A DNA stretch of 62,751 nt, counting the filler, from Chiloscyllium plagiosum (taxonomy: Eukaryota), in NCBI RefSeq assembly GCF_004010195.1. It is 4 parts of 2 records of this genome, joined end to end, with 100 filler letters (N's around TTAATTAATTAA, not from the genome) between each part and the next. Parts side by side here need not be neighbours in the genome. Positions count along the whole stretch, not along the records: positions 1 to 31,478 come from NC_057715.1; 3 more parts are not named here. One strand, given 5' to 3'. A model generated the notes under the pieces. That model saw nothing but the letters and a program-made list of their open reading frames with translations. It was not told the origin of the DNA and did no database searches. A program made the translations under genes and the position numbers. Within the stretch, counting starts at the first letter, position 1. Each line of letters starts with the position of its first letter. Shown in pieces: positions 1-11,993 of this stretch.

Positions 1-109
1 GCCCGAAACGTCGAATCTCCTGTTCCCTGGATGCTGCCTGACCTGCTGTGCTGTTCCAGCAATAAAGTTTCAACTTTGATCTCCAGCATCTGCAGACCTC
101 ACTTTCTCC
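1..109 (+). mobile_element. Penelope-like element 3' end (pLTR) with the 3' half of a hammerhead ribozyme
   Basis: GCCC-GAAA-CGTC at 1-12 followed by the same tail (gatgctgcctgacctgctg...ccagcatctgcagacctcactttctcc) as the copies at 8330-8439 and 19758-19831. Confidence 0.85.
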
Positions 110-824
110 TGTCCTCTGGTGAGACAGGACATCCCAGAGATGACAGTGTTCTGGGACATTGCCTGGAAGATATGATTCCATGAGTATTACTAAGTCAGCC
201 TGTTGTTTCATCATACTCTCGGACAGCTCTCCCAATCCTGGCACTCACCTCCAAATGTTGGGAAGGAGGATTTTGCGGGGTTGACAGTTCTGAATTTGCT
301 GTTGCAATTTCTAGATGAGTGGTCAATGGTCCATTCAGTTTAATTCCCAATGATAGTGGCTTGACGGGTTTTTTTGTTATTGTTGAATGTGGTGTTCATT
401 CACTGAAATTCAGTTTTCATATACTGAGCTTCAGAATTTCTTTAACAATAAAACCGAAGGTTATTCAACAAAAATTAAAAATGCTAAACTACTGATGTAG
501 AAGATAGTTTGAAAGATCTTAAAACACTCTGCAAAACAAAGTGTCATTTATTCTCCACCTATTCTCCAAACATTTTCACTTTACAGTGATTCTAATGCAA
601 AGAAATTACCCTTGTGTATGAAATCTTAAGGTTCAATTTAATTGCATTTCCTTAATTCTGTTTCATGAACTGCAAAGCCTTCTTGCATGAATACACATGA
701 AGCTGAAAACTTAGACTTCCTCAGTCTTTTCATAATCTGCTGATTGCTAACCAAGTACATCCACGAGCTAAACTTTGGAACAAGGAATTAGTGCCTTGTA
801 TGACCTGTCCTATACTTCTTTCTA

Positions 825-1885
825 GGGCTTAAACCAAATCTCAGCTCCCATCTCTGTAACTGGATCCTTAATTTCCTGTCCCATAGACCGCAATCATTAA
901 GAAGAGGCAACAACACTTCCTCCATCATAATCCTCAACACCAGTGCCCAGCAAGGGCTATGTACTCAGTCCTCCGCTATACTCCTTATCCACTTATGACT
1001 GTGTGGCCAGATTCCACCCCAACTCCATTTACATGTATGTTGATGACCCCACCGTTGTAGGTCGGATCTCAAACAATGAAGAGACAGAGTACAGGGGAGA
1101 GATTGAGGACTTAGCAGCATGGTGTAAAATCAAAAATCTCTCCATCAATGTCAGCAAAGGAGCTGGTCATTGACTACAGGAAGCAGGAGTGGAGGGCACG
1201 CCCTGTCTGCGTCAGTGGTGCTAAGGTGGAGATGGTCAAGAGCATCAAGTTGCTAGGGGTGATGATCGCTGACAATCTGTCCTGGCCCATCCACATCGAT
1301 GCGATTGTCATAAAAGCATAACAACACCTCTACTTCCTCAGGAAGCGAAGGAAATTTGACATGTCCACAAAGACTGTTATTATTTTTTATAGCTGCACCA
1401 TAGAAAGCATTCTATCTGGATGCATCACAGTGTAGCATGGCAACTGATTTTCTCAAGACCACAAGAAACTACAGAGGGTTGTGAACACAGCCCATCACAC
1501 AAACCAGCTTTCCATCTATTGACTCCAGCTATACTTCCCACTGCCTTGGGAAAGCAACTAATTTAATAAAAGACCCCTCCCATCCCGGTTATCCTCACTT
1601 ACACCTTCTTCAGTCAGGTAGAAGATATAATAGTTTGAATACATGTACAATAGGTTCAAGAACAGCTTCTTTTCTTCTGTTATCAGACTTTTGAATGGAC
1701 CTCTCACATTTTAATTTTGATCTGTCTCTTTGCACTTTCTCTGAAGCTGTAACACTGTATACTGCACTTTGTTCTGCTACCTTGATTCACTTTGTATGGT
1801 ACAATCTGTATCTATAGGATGCAAAACAACACTTTCAGTGTGTCTCAGTGCATGTGACAACAATAAATCAAATTCAAATTCAACC
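825..1885 (+). mobile_element. Rex1/Babar-type non-LTR retrotransposon, 5'-truncated and decayed
   Basis: RT remnant GYVLSPPLYSLSTYDCVARFHPNSIYMYVDDPTVVGRISNNEETEYR (PQGCVLSP...FADD...VVG pattern); 3' tail aataaatcaaattcaaattcaa. Confidence 0.85.
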
Positions 1886-2169
1886 AAACTCAAACTATAT
1901 TTGCTTCTGACCTCAGTCAGTATCTTCCATGATTGTAAACCTCACTGTGTCAACAATCATTCATTGACACTCCATGGAATTTGCAAACATCTCTCTGGCA
2001 CATACAGAATTATGACACTATTCTAGAAAGGGCTCTAACCATGTTTCTTTGGTAACAAAGACCTAACAAAATTACTCAACGCCCATATGCTGCTAGTTTG
2101 AAATCCAAACTCTAAAGCTAATATGTATAATATAATTAGTGTGTGTAATAAATCTCATTCTGAGACGTA

Positions 2170-2590
2170 TATCTATTTTTATTGCGATCTACTATTTTCA
2201 AAATTTTGTATCATTCATGAACTTTATAATGCTGCTGTCTACACCCAGGCTGTGAGTGCAGGTTAGAATGTGGAAAGCATAATGGAGCCAAAATCAATCT
2301 TTGGGGAACACCAGTGCATGAGTCTGAAAAATTGTCTACCCACTCTTACGCCTGCTGTCCCTGAACAAATCCTGCACCTGTACTGTCACTTTCCTCTAAC
2401 GTCCATGGGCTTCCATCTTCCTAATTACTTCTCTGTCAAATGCCTTCTAAAAGTTCATGCATGTATCCACTGCATGATCTTAAATTCAATCTTAATTATT
2501 CATAATTGACTGTCCCTTAACAAATACATGCTGGCCTTCTTTGATTCACCCATATTTTTCCAAGTAAAAGTTTATTTTGTTCCTGATAGT
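2170..2590 (-). mobile_element. Decayed CR1-type RT fragment, local duplicate of ~3485-3915
   Basis: Aligns by eye to 3485-3915, e.g. aactttataatgctgct...aaaatcaatctttggg...gaacaccagtgc. Confidence 0.65.
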
Positions 2591-2729
2591 TGATATAAAT
2601 CCTGACCGACCAACACCCCCCTCCCATAAGCGAATAAAAAGCTACACCTTCATCACACAGTAAATCTTTGATTTATAGAAACGTACAGTGCACAATTCAG
2701 ATAAGTTTGCTGACTCTTAAAAAGGATAG

Positions 2730-4330
2730 TCATGTTTAGACCCATATCCTGTAGCCCTTTAACTTCGTCTTCCTCAAATATCTATCTAACTCTCATTTAA
2801 TAATACTAATGGAGTCAACTTCTATTCTTATTTCATGTACAGTGTTCCATTCCTGCTAACAGTCTGACTGAAATAGAAATCTTCACCCCGTCTCGAGATT
2901 TTCTGCTCATAGTTTTGAATCTGTGATTTCTGGTTATTAACCCAGAAGGAATAACATTTCTCTCAATGCTCAATCAAAACCATTCATTGCTTGAAAATCT
3001 CTCCTTATCTTTGAAGAGTCTATTAGATCAACTCTTCACCTTCTCTGTTTCAAGGAGAACAGTTTTATGTTTTTGGACCCCTCTCATAAATGAAGTCCAT
3101 CATCCGTGATAAAACAGATAAGACATCTCTGTTTACCTTTTCTGATATGCAGTGCTTAGAATTATCAACAATGCTGATTCCTAACCAGTGATTTATCAAG
3201 TTTAAATGTGATCCCTTTGCTTTTATGTTATATTCCTCAATTCATAAATCCCAGTTGTTTTGTTATTTTAATGTATTTGGGAATTTGTCCTGCTAATTTG
3301 AAGTATCTGTGTATGTAGACAAGAAATTATCAATTATCTCTGTTCATCAAGCTTTTCAAATTTATGCCGTTTATGCCATACCGACTTTGCATATTGGTCG
3401 TCACAAAATGCATCATACCTTACTACATTGAACACCATAACTGTTGCCATGTCACCAATCTATCTGTGTCATTCTAAGACGTTTAGCTATTTTTATCGCA
3501 ATTACCATTTTCAAAGTTTTGTATCTTACATAAACTTTATAATGCTGCTCTCTACACCCAAGCTGTGAGTGCAGATTAGAATATTGAAAGCATAATGGAG
3601 GCAAAATCAATCTTTGGGGAACACCAGTGCAAACCACCTCTGACTGTGAAAAATTGTCCACCCACTCGTCTGCCTGCTGTCCCTCATCAAATCCTGCATC
3701 TGTACTGTCGCTTTTCTCTAATGTCCATAGGCTTCCATCTTCCTAATTACTTCTCTGTCGAATGCCTTTCAAATATTCATGGATGTAGCCATTGCATGGT
3801 CTTAAATTCAGTCCTAGCTATTCAGAAATTATTGTTCCTTAACAAATTCATGGTGGCTCTCTTTGATTAACTATGCTTTTCCAAACGTATGTCTATTTGG
3901 TTCCTGATAGTCGATTTCAGTAGCACCTCCACCACTGATGTCAGGTTGACTGGCCTCTTCTGTTTTTCCTTCTCTCCTTTCCTGAACAGGAACACATCAT
4001 TAGCTGTCTATTACTACAACTCTACCTAAAGAGATTTCAAAGATTGTGACCAAGTCTTCTGCTATTTTTAACTTTTGTTTCTTTCCACAATCTAGGATAC
4101 ATTGGATCTGAACCAAACAAATTACTGGTGTTCAGTAGTGATGATATTTTTAGTTCATTATCACGACCTACTACTATTCAGTACATTAGCTTCCCTTCAC
4201 TCTTTCCACGTCACCTTCACATCATTCATTTTCCTTGTGCAGACTGATGCAAAGAACACTCTTAATACTTTATCATATTCTCTGCCTCCAAGATGGCCAA
4301 AATTTCCCTAGTCAGCAGTGTATACTTTTA
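2730..4330 (-). mobile_element. Highly decayed CR1-type LINE
   Basis: Minus-strand TGVPQRLILPPLCF (GVPQGSVLGPLLF remnant) at ~3590-3640; CR1-like 3' region toward 2730. Confidence 0.6.
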
Positions 4331-4749
4331 ATTATAAATTGTTCTTGGGGTTCAGTTTAATTTTGTCTACTAATATTTTTTTCATAACCTCAGTTCAACT
4401 TCTGATTAAATTTTTAAATTCTATCCAACACTTTGCATAATTTTCCTACTTATGAACTAAATCATGCTTATGACATTTGTTAGAAGCCTCTTTCTTCTGC
4501 TTGGTAATAACTAATGCTTCCTCTGTCATCCAAGGCTCAGTGGCTTTGGATATTTTTCGTCCAAAGGCGTATACTTGGTTTGCACTTAAGCTGTTTCTTC
4601 CCTCAATTCCCTTTATTGCTGCGTTACTGCCTTAATCAGCAATCTCAGTTTCCAATATTCCTGAGTTAAGCCCCTTCTCCAAACGTTGAAAATACTGTCG
4701 CTAAACCTTGTTCTTACCGTTGATTATTTTCTGGTCTTTTGTCCAATTA

Positions 4750-5252
4750 TAGAGTCATAGAGGCATAGAGATGTACAGCATGGAAACAGACCCTTCGGTC
4801 CAACCCGTCCATGCTGAGCAGATATCCCAACCCAATCTAGTCCCGCCTGCCCGCACCCGGCCCATATCCCTCCAAACCCTTCCTATTCATATACACATCC
4901 AAATGCCTCTTAAATGTTGCAATTGTACCAGCCTCCACCACTTCCTCTGGCAGCTCATTCCATACCTGTACCAACCTCTGTGTGAAAAAGTTGCTCCCTA
5001 GGTCTCTTTTATATCTTTCCCCTCTTACCCTAAACCTATGCCCTCTTGTTCTGGACTCCCCAACCCCAGGGAAAAAACTTTGTCTATTTACCCTGTCCAT
5101 GCCCCTCATAATTTTGTAAACCTCTATAAGGTCACCCCTCAGCCTCCGACGCTCCAGGGAAAACAGCCCCAGCCTGTTCAGCCTCTCCCTAGAGCTCAAA
5201 TCCTCCAACCTTGGCAACATTCCTTGTAAATCTTTTCTGAACCCTTTCAATT
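4750..5252 (-). mobile_element. HER1/CR1 LINE 3' end
   Basis: ORF2 C-terminus LGLFSLERRRLRGDLIEVYKI...TRGH...NFFTQR...WNELP; (ctctatga)-type 3' tail. Confidence 0.95.
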
Positions 5253-6027
5253 TTGTGTGATTTTTAACTGGGTTTAACTTCAACAATTTTGCAGGTTATG
5301 AGGAAGCTCTTGGAGTGCTATTAGGACAAAGATAAGATACTGGCTTGCAGTTAACTCAAGAATTAACTTAGAAGTCTGGCTTTAGCAGGAGTGGTGTTTC
5401 CTGAGGAAACTTTGCCAGGATCACTGAGATAACAGAACAGTGGGGGGTACTGGCTCTGTTAAGCAAAGAGGCCATGAAGTCTTCGAACTATGACAGTATA
5501 GTTCTGGATCCCTGCCGCTGTGAGAGTGCTCACAGCAATTCTAAAATTCTGCTTTCACTGTTAAACGGGTGATTTCTAACTTGTCAGATGCCATTGTATC
5601 TATCTTGAACATCACTCGTTCTGATCTGCAATTCCCTGCTGCAAGCAATTTACACAATCTATCTTGGACCTCTTAATGAGGGAGATGGGGAATAGCAAAG
5701 CCAACAGCAGCCGCCTTCTCCGCAGACACAAAAGCTGGATCTACAGATGCAGCACAGTGGAGGTGAGGTGCCCAGCACAGATCCTGCAGGCAGAGAACGC
5801 GCGGTCTCGGCATGTGTGAGCATTGGCCCCTCAGAAGGCTTTCATAGGACGTTGCCACTTGACATCTGTAGCCTACTGGAGCAAGGCGGCGGGCATTGTC
5901 AGTGCCTGTCATGATAGCCATCACTTCAGCTAAACAGCCAGAGCAAAGCTCACTATAATTACAGATAACTTTCCAACCTAGTATTGGTTCCACTGCTGCA
6001 CTTGGTCTATTATAAGACTGGAAGTGT

Positions 6028-6245
6028 TTAAAGAGATGTCTGAGGCATGTTTTTCATGCAGAGGGCAGTAGGTCTGGAACATACCAGGGGAAGTGGAAGA
6101 GCAGATATGATTGCAACATTTGACAGACACATGAACAGGCAGGCAATAGAGAGATACAGACAGATGGGATTAGTTTGGAATGGCACTGTGGTCAGCACAG
6201 ACGTGGTGGGCCAGGGGGCCTGTTCCATGTCCTGTGGTCTATGTT
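6028..6245 (+). mobile_element. CR1 LINE 3' fragment, decayed
   Basis: FFMQRAVG...IATFDRHMNR remnant plus gggcctgttcc 3' stem. Confidence 0.75.
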
Positions 6246-6639
6246 AAGGTTCCAACCATTGAACATGAACGTTCTGCTGCACAAATATCAGAAATTCAGT
6301 TCTTCTGTATCCTTATCATTATAATTTACCTTGCCTATTGCAGGCCAACTACATGATTTTACTAAACTAGTTTTGTCCACATGTCTGCTGACAAATTCCC
6401 TGATCAATCTCCTTACCGTTGTTTGGCTATCTGAAAAAAAATACTCTGAATGATGTAACAACTTACCCTCTTCTTCAAATCAAGCAAACCTGATCCCATC
6501 TGAGAGGTATCCAATAAATGCCATTTAAAACTGTAACATCATCTGTAATCTATCCCGATCCAGCCAATCCCCTTTCCCCTTCTACATCAATCCTTAATGT
6601 TGAATAACCAAAGATACTTGGCTCCTTTGAACCATGTCC

Positions 6640-6925
6640 TTATTTTTATTAGTCACTCATTGGATGTGGGCATCGCTGGCTAGGCCAGAACTTTTGCCCA
6701 TCGTGAGGCCAGTTAAGAGTCGACCGCACTGCTGTGAGCCAGACCAGGTAAGGATGACAGTTTATAGCATAAAGCACGTTTATGAGCAATGTCATAATCA
6801 TCAGGGATTGTGGCATTGTGACATTGTCACTGAATTACTGATCCAGAGACCAGGCTAAGGCTCCAGGACATGGCTTTGGATCTAATCTTGGTAGCTGGTG
6901 GAATTTAAATTCACTAGTTTCTGAA
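6640..6925. mobile_element. Two fragments of a tRNA-headed shark SINE (tail on - at 6640-6770, head on + at ~6805-6925)
   Basis: Similar to the fuller copies at 19930-20190 and 21625-21935. Confidence 0.55.
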
Positions 6926-6959
6926 ATTGAAAGCTTACTGCCTTTCATTTCCACCCAGT

Positions 6960-7303
6960 CAAGCGAAGTCTTGAATTTAGTATTACCACTCTTGTTTTCA
7001 AATTCCTGCACAGCTTTGCCCTTCTGTATCTCTGTAATTTTCTCTAACCCCACAACCCTCTGAGATTATTGGGATGCCTCTAATTCTGCACTCAGGTATA
7101 TTCCCAATTTTGTCTTTGTCTTCGGTAGCTTAGGTCCAAAACTCTGAATTTCTCTCCCGATACCTCTCCGCCTCTCAACCTTGCCTTCTAACTTTAAAGA
7201 TACTTCTTCAAATCCACCTCTTTGACCAAATTGTAAATTAAAGACATGATACCTCTTTATCCAACTTAGAGTCTTATTTTGCTGAATCGTGCTGCTGTGA
7301 ATT
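6960..7303 (+). mobile_element. L2-type LINE 3' fragment, tail resuming at ~8700-8750
   Basis: Typical L2 3' sequence (ttttcaaattcctgcacagc...ctctttgaccaa); ctgggacagtttgttacattaaaggcgttgtatataa tail after the nested inserts. Confidence 0.6.
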
Positions 7304-7621
7304 AGAATTAGGTTTTATTGCCATGTGTACTCCAGTACAAAAGTGCAGGAGTACAGTGCAAAAAGTACAATGTCACCAAACACAGCGCCATCTTAGGTAC
7401 AAAGTACCTCGTCGCAAATCTTAGATATTACAATAGAGAAATAAAGAAAAAAGCTAAAAGTTCTACATCAAAGTTCTTCATAGCATAGGTACACAATCCT
7501 TTATCTGAAACACTTGGGACCAGCTATGTTTTGGAATTCGGAATTTTTCCAATTTTGGAATAGGTGACAGTTTGACAGTGAATTTCTAAAACAAAATCTT
7601 ACCAAACAGCAGACTCACTGT

Positions 7622-8439
7622 TGAAAATGTGTTGCTGGAAAAGCGCAGCAGGTCAGGCAGCATCCAGGGAGCAGGAGAATCGACGTTTCGGGCATAAGCC
7701 CTTCTTCAGGAATGAGGAAAGTTTGTCCAGCAGGCTAAGATAAAAGGTAGGGAGGAGGGACTTGGGGGAGGGGCGTCGGAAATGTGATAGGTGGAAAGAG
7801 GTCAAGGTGATCTCCCAGACCGTCCATAACCTCATCACCTCGGGGGATCTCCCATCCACCGCCTCCAACCTCATAGTCCCACAACCCCGCACCGCCCGNN
7901 NNNNNNNNNNNNNNNNNNNNNNNNNNNNNNNNNNNNNNNNNNNNNNNNNNNNNNNNNNNNNNNNNNNNNNNNNNNNNNNNNNNNNNNNNNNNNNNNNNNN
8001 NNNNNNNNNNNNNNNNNNNNNNNNNNNNNNNNNNNNNNNNNNNNNNNNNNNNNNNNNNNNNNNNNNNNNNNNNNNNNNNNNNNNNNNNNNNNNNNNNNNN
8101 NNNNNNNNNNNNNNNNNNNNNTCAGTCAAATCCATCGAACTCAGCACCGCCTTCCTAACCTGCAATCTTCTTCCCGACCTCTCCGCCCCCACTCCCGTCT
8201 GACCTATCACCCTCACCTTGACCTCTTTCCACCTATCACATTTCCGACGCCCCTCCCCCAAGTCCCTCCTCCCTACCTTTTATCTTAGCCTGCTGGACAA
8301 ACTTTCCTCATTCCTGAAGAAGGGCTTATGCCCGAAACGCCGATTCTCCTGTTCCCTGGATGCTGCCTGACCTGCTGCGCTTTTTCAGCAACACATTTTC
8401 AGCTCTGATCTCCAGCATCTGCAGACCTCACTTTCTCCT
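7622..8439 (+). mobile_element. Penelope-like retroelement with inverted 5' pLTR copy, spanning an N gap
   Basis: 15-bp TSD cagcagactcactgt (7607-7621, 8440-8454); 7622-7810 is the reverse complement of the 3' end; RT N-terminal ISQTVHNLITSGDLPSTASNLIVPQPRTA. Confidence 0.92.
7682..7709 (-). ncRNA. Minimal hammerhead ribozyme (PLE-associated)
   Basis: Minus strand reads CUGAAGA-A-GGGC(UUAU)GCCC-GAAA-CGUC. Confidence 0.8.
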
Positions 8440-8781
8440 CAGCAGACTCACTGTGAGTACTACAGGCCTTGAGACAAAATTGAGGCCTGCTAGTGCTGGG
8501 CCACACCCACCCACATTGCATCTGAGTGACACGCATCATGTGGGTGTGGAGTTGGTTTAATTGTTTGCATGCTAAACAACCTTATTAATAAGAAAAAAAC
8601 TTCACGAGAAAACCTTTGGATTTTGGTGCTTTTCAGATTTTGGGATTTTGGACAAAGGGTTGTCTACCTGTTTAAATAAGGGAGATAAAGAAATAAGCCC
8701 TGGGACAGTTTGTTACATTAAAGGCGTTGTATATAACTAAGTTGCCAAAGTTGTATTCTACTGCAGACTGTTTTCAATATA

Positions 8782-8940
8782 CAGAGGAACCTTGATTATC
8801 TGAATATCGGATTATCCAGCAAGATCGCAGGGTCCTAATGCTTGGCTAAACCATGTTATCCAGCATTCGATTATCTGGAATTCAATTGACAAAACAAAAT
8901 ACTCCTCACACATGCCCTTTGGATAATCGAGGCTCCTCTG
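8782..8940. mobile_element. Tc1/mariner-superfamily (Tigger-like) MITE
   Basis: TIRs cagaggaaccttgattatc and gataatcgaggctcctctg; TA duplications at 8780-8781 and 8941-8942. Confidence 0.85.
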
Positions 8941-9414
8941 TATTATTGAACAAAACAAGAAAAGAATTTCGCAAACGTTTTACATACACCCTCTCCAAGC
9001 ATAAGCTTTTGTGAGAGTGCAGCATAAGTCTTTAATCAAATAGACAATATTAAATCTGTCTTTATTACTGCTGTGTCCTTCAGGAATGTTTCTATTTCCT
9101 GCCGGTACTTTTTGTCTCTGTCACCAAGTTGACTGCAATCTGGGGAAAAAGACCAAGCTTAAATGTGTTTAACTACACTTTTGATGGCTCAAAGACTGAG
9201 ACACATGCTGTAGGATGAGGATAGTAGTGTATCTTTGATGTTAAATGACATTGGACTGATAATGTGACCTAACAATGTTGACTTAACCAAGATTAGAAAG
9301 CAGTGATCTTATCTACAATAAATTGCCTCACAGTGCAAAGGATTTGTACGGTAGGTAGGGACAAGATAACCTTAAGTATTCATTGTCACCATTATTGAGG
9401 GGTGAAGGGCTCTT

Positions 9415-9716
9415 AGTTTCGATTCCCTACAGTGTGGAAACAGGCCCTTCGAACTAAGAAGTCCACACCGACCCTCTGAAGAGCAACCCACCCAGACCCA
9501 TTTCCCTCTGAATGATGTACCTAACACTATGGGCAATTTTGCATGGCCAATTCACCTGACCTGCACATCTTTGGACTGTGGGAGGAAACCAGAGCACCCG
9601 GAGGAAACTCATGCAGACACAGGGAGAATGCGCAAACTCCTCACAGACAGTTGCCCAGGGCTGGAATTGAACCCGTGTCCCTGAGCTGTGAGGCTGTAGT
9701 GCTAACCACTGAGCCC
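9415..9716 (-). mobile_element. HE1-type V-SINE
   Basis: tRNA-like head cagtggttagcact, V-domain gtttgcgcattctccctgtgtctgc, CR1-like tail gggcctgtttccacactgtag. Confidence 0.93.
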
Positions 9717-10769
9717 TTGTATTAAAAAAAACAGCAACTGCTGGAAGCATACAGCAGACCAGTGTTTCCTGCAAAGAGAAAGTAATTTTCATCTGTGTCC
9801 TGTGACTGAGCAAGAGAGGACAAATGTTTCAGACGGAAATTTGTCTTTTTCATAAATGTGTGGTATGTACGTTTTGAAATGAGTTCAAACAATAAAACTA
9901 TTTGGAGACTTTTAAATTGTGGCCCTCTCACCTTTAACTTTTCTTTCAAATGTGAATGATTTTTCCTCAGATGTTCTTTTGCTCAAAACAGACCACTATA
10001 GTTTGACATTTGATGTTCAGTTGATCCTTGATGTATTGTTCTCCATTTTTCCTTTCTTGTCGTTGACCACATCATTTTAGTGACAGAGGGACTTTCTCCC
10101 TGCAGGGTAGCGCAGCCATCTGCTTTTCATTTCAGTTGATAAATGCCGACGATGGTGGAGCAGTGGGAACATGAGCAACATTATGAACTCATGATGAACA
10201 GAGAAGTGAGTTTCCTTTCTTATTGTATTGGACCATAAGGAAGCATAATGAAGCAATCAGGCTTGGACACAATGGGCCAAAAGGCCTTTTTTTAACCGTA
10301 ATGACTCCAGGACACGACCAGAGCAAACTGAACATCTCACAATCCATCAAATATCATGTTACTTTTCTCTTCACAGTAATTCATGTGGACATAAAATGGT
10401 GTGGGTTCTGTTTCCAGTATGTAATCCTTCCTTCCTAATTTTCTATTGTGCCCAGTTGACACAATATGGTTGACCACAAAAAGAGGAAATTCTGTACTTA
10501 ATTATTGCCATAGGTACTGGTTATCATCCAGTGTCTGTTTTCGTTGTCATTTTAGTGATTGTTGGTATGTACAGTATCTGAATGATACCATGGTTACATC
10601 CTCTTCTTACTTGTTATCCACCACGTGGCACTTCCAGCAGAGGCAGTGAATAATGATCAAGATTCAGACTTCCAAGAAAATAGACATTGAAGTTACCAGC
10701 AGAACGCCCTATCACTTTGCAGACTGGGTTCAGTTAATTCAGCATAGCGGTAGGGATGTTTCCTCTCCC

Positions 10770-11280
10770 AGTTCCTGAATTAAAGAGGCAAAGCACCTTC
10801 TCTCGCATGCATTTTAAGTGATTCATATCCTCAGTCTTTCTTCATAACTAAAATGCTTCATCCCAGGCAACATCCCTGGAGAATCTCCTCTGCAAGGCCT
10901 CCTGTGCAATCATGTCCCTCCTACAGTGTGGTGACCAGAACTACTCACTGAGCTATCAGGTAAGATTAGATTAGATTCCCATACAGTGGGAAAACAGGCC
11001 ATTTGGCCCAACAGGTCAACACCAACCCTCCAAAGAATAGTCCATCCAGACCCATTCCCCTACATTTATCCCAAACTAATTGTAAGCTATTGTATCCAGC
11101 TGTAGCCGAACCAAAGTTTTGTACAGCTCTACAAAACCTCCTTACTCTCATAATCTATGTCTCGACAGTAGAGGCAAGTGTCCATATGCCTTTTTAACTG
11201 CTCGATTAACCTGTCCTGATCTGTTGACAAGCACACCAAAATCTCTCTGTTCCTCTGAGCTTCCTAATGTCCTGCCATTA
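10770..11280 (-). mobile_element. Decayed CR1 fragment with nested HE1 3' fragment (10964-11070)
   Basis: ccaggcaacatcc...gtggtgaccagaact CR1 pattern; attagattagattccc SINE tail. Confidence 0.65.
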
Positions 11281-11439
11281 GATGTATACTTGCAACATCA
11301 AGGCATCGAGGACTGTAGGTCACGTGCTGAAAAATAGGATTACAATGGTTAGGTGGTTGTTTTTGGCTAACACAGACTGTGATGGGCCAAAGGGCCTTTC
11401 TTCTGTGCTGTAGACCTCTATGACTCTATCTTACAAAGA

Positions 11440-11993
11440 AACATGTGGCACTTTGGTAAGAGTAACAAAAAGATGGTGTACTGGACTAATGGTTGGATAC
11501 TTGGTAGTGTGGATGAGCAGAGGGATCTTGGTGTCCATGTACACAGATCTCTGAAAGTTGCCACCCAGGTAAATAGTGCGGTGAAGAAGGCATATGGCGT
11601 ACTGGCTTTTATTGGTAGAGGAATTGAGTTCTGGAGTCCTGAGGTCATGTTGCAGTTGTAGAACACTCTGGCGCGGCCGCATCTGGAGTATTGTGTGCAG
11701 TTTTGGTCGCCATACTATAGGAAGGATGTGGAGGCACTGGAACGGGTGCAGAGGAGGTTTACCAGGATGTTGCCTGGTATGGAAGGAAAATCGTATGAGG
11801 AAAGACTGAGGCACTTGGGGCTGTTTTCACTAGAGAAAAGAAGGTTTAGGGGTGACTTGATTGAGGTGTACAAGATGATTAGGGATTAAGATGGGGAGCA
11901 GAGGGATACCATCTGCTGCCTTCGGCGCAACATCGAGGGCCAAAGGGCCTGCACTGTGCTGTATTTTTCTATGTTCTATGTTCTATGTTCTAT
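11440..11993 (+). mobile_element. CR1 LINE 3' portion with internal deletion
   Basis: HFGKSN...QRDLGVHVHRSLK...RPHLEYCVQFWSPYYRKDVEALERVQRRFTRM; (ctatgtt)n tail. Confidence 0.93.

Larger units (their letters stand above)
7486..8670. mobile_element. Tigger/pogo-like MITE interrupted by a PLE
   Basis: TIRs taggtacacaatcctttatc vs reverse complement caggtagacaaccctttgtc (16/20 match); ttcggaattt/tttggattt internal repeats. Confidence 0.7.

Noticed and set aside
7653..8261. 202-aa and 146-aa ORFs
   Set aside because: Mostly N-gap translation inside a PLE
10480..10690. Hydrophobic peptide ILYLIIAIG...VFVVILVIVG and a CTCF-like CCAGCAGAGGCAG
   Set aside because: Short, stop-interrupted frame in T-rich DNA; the motif is one base short of CTCF spacing
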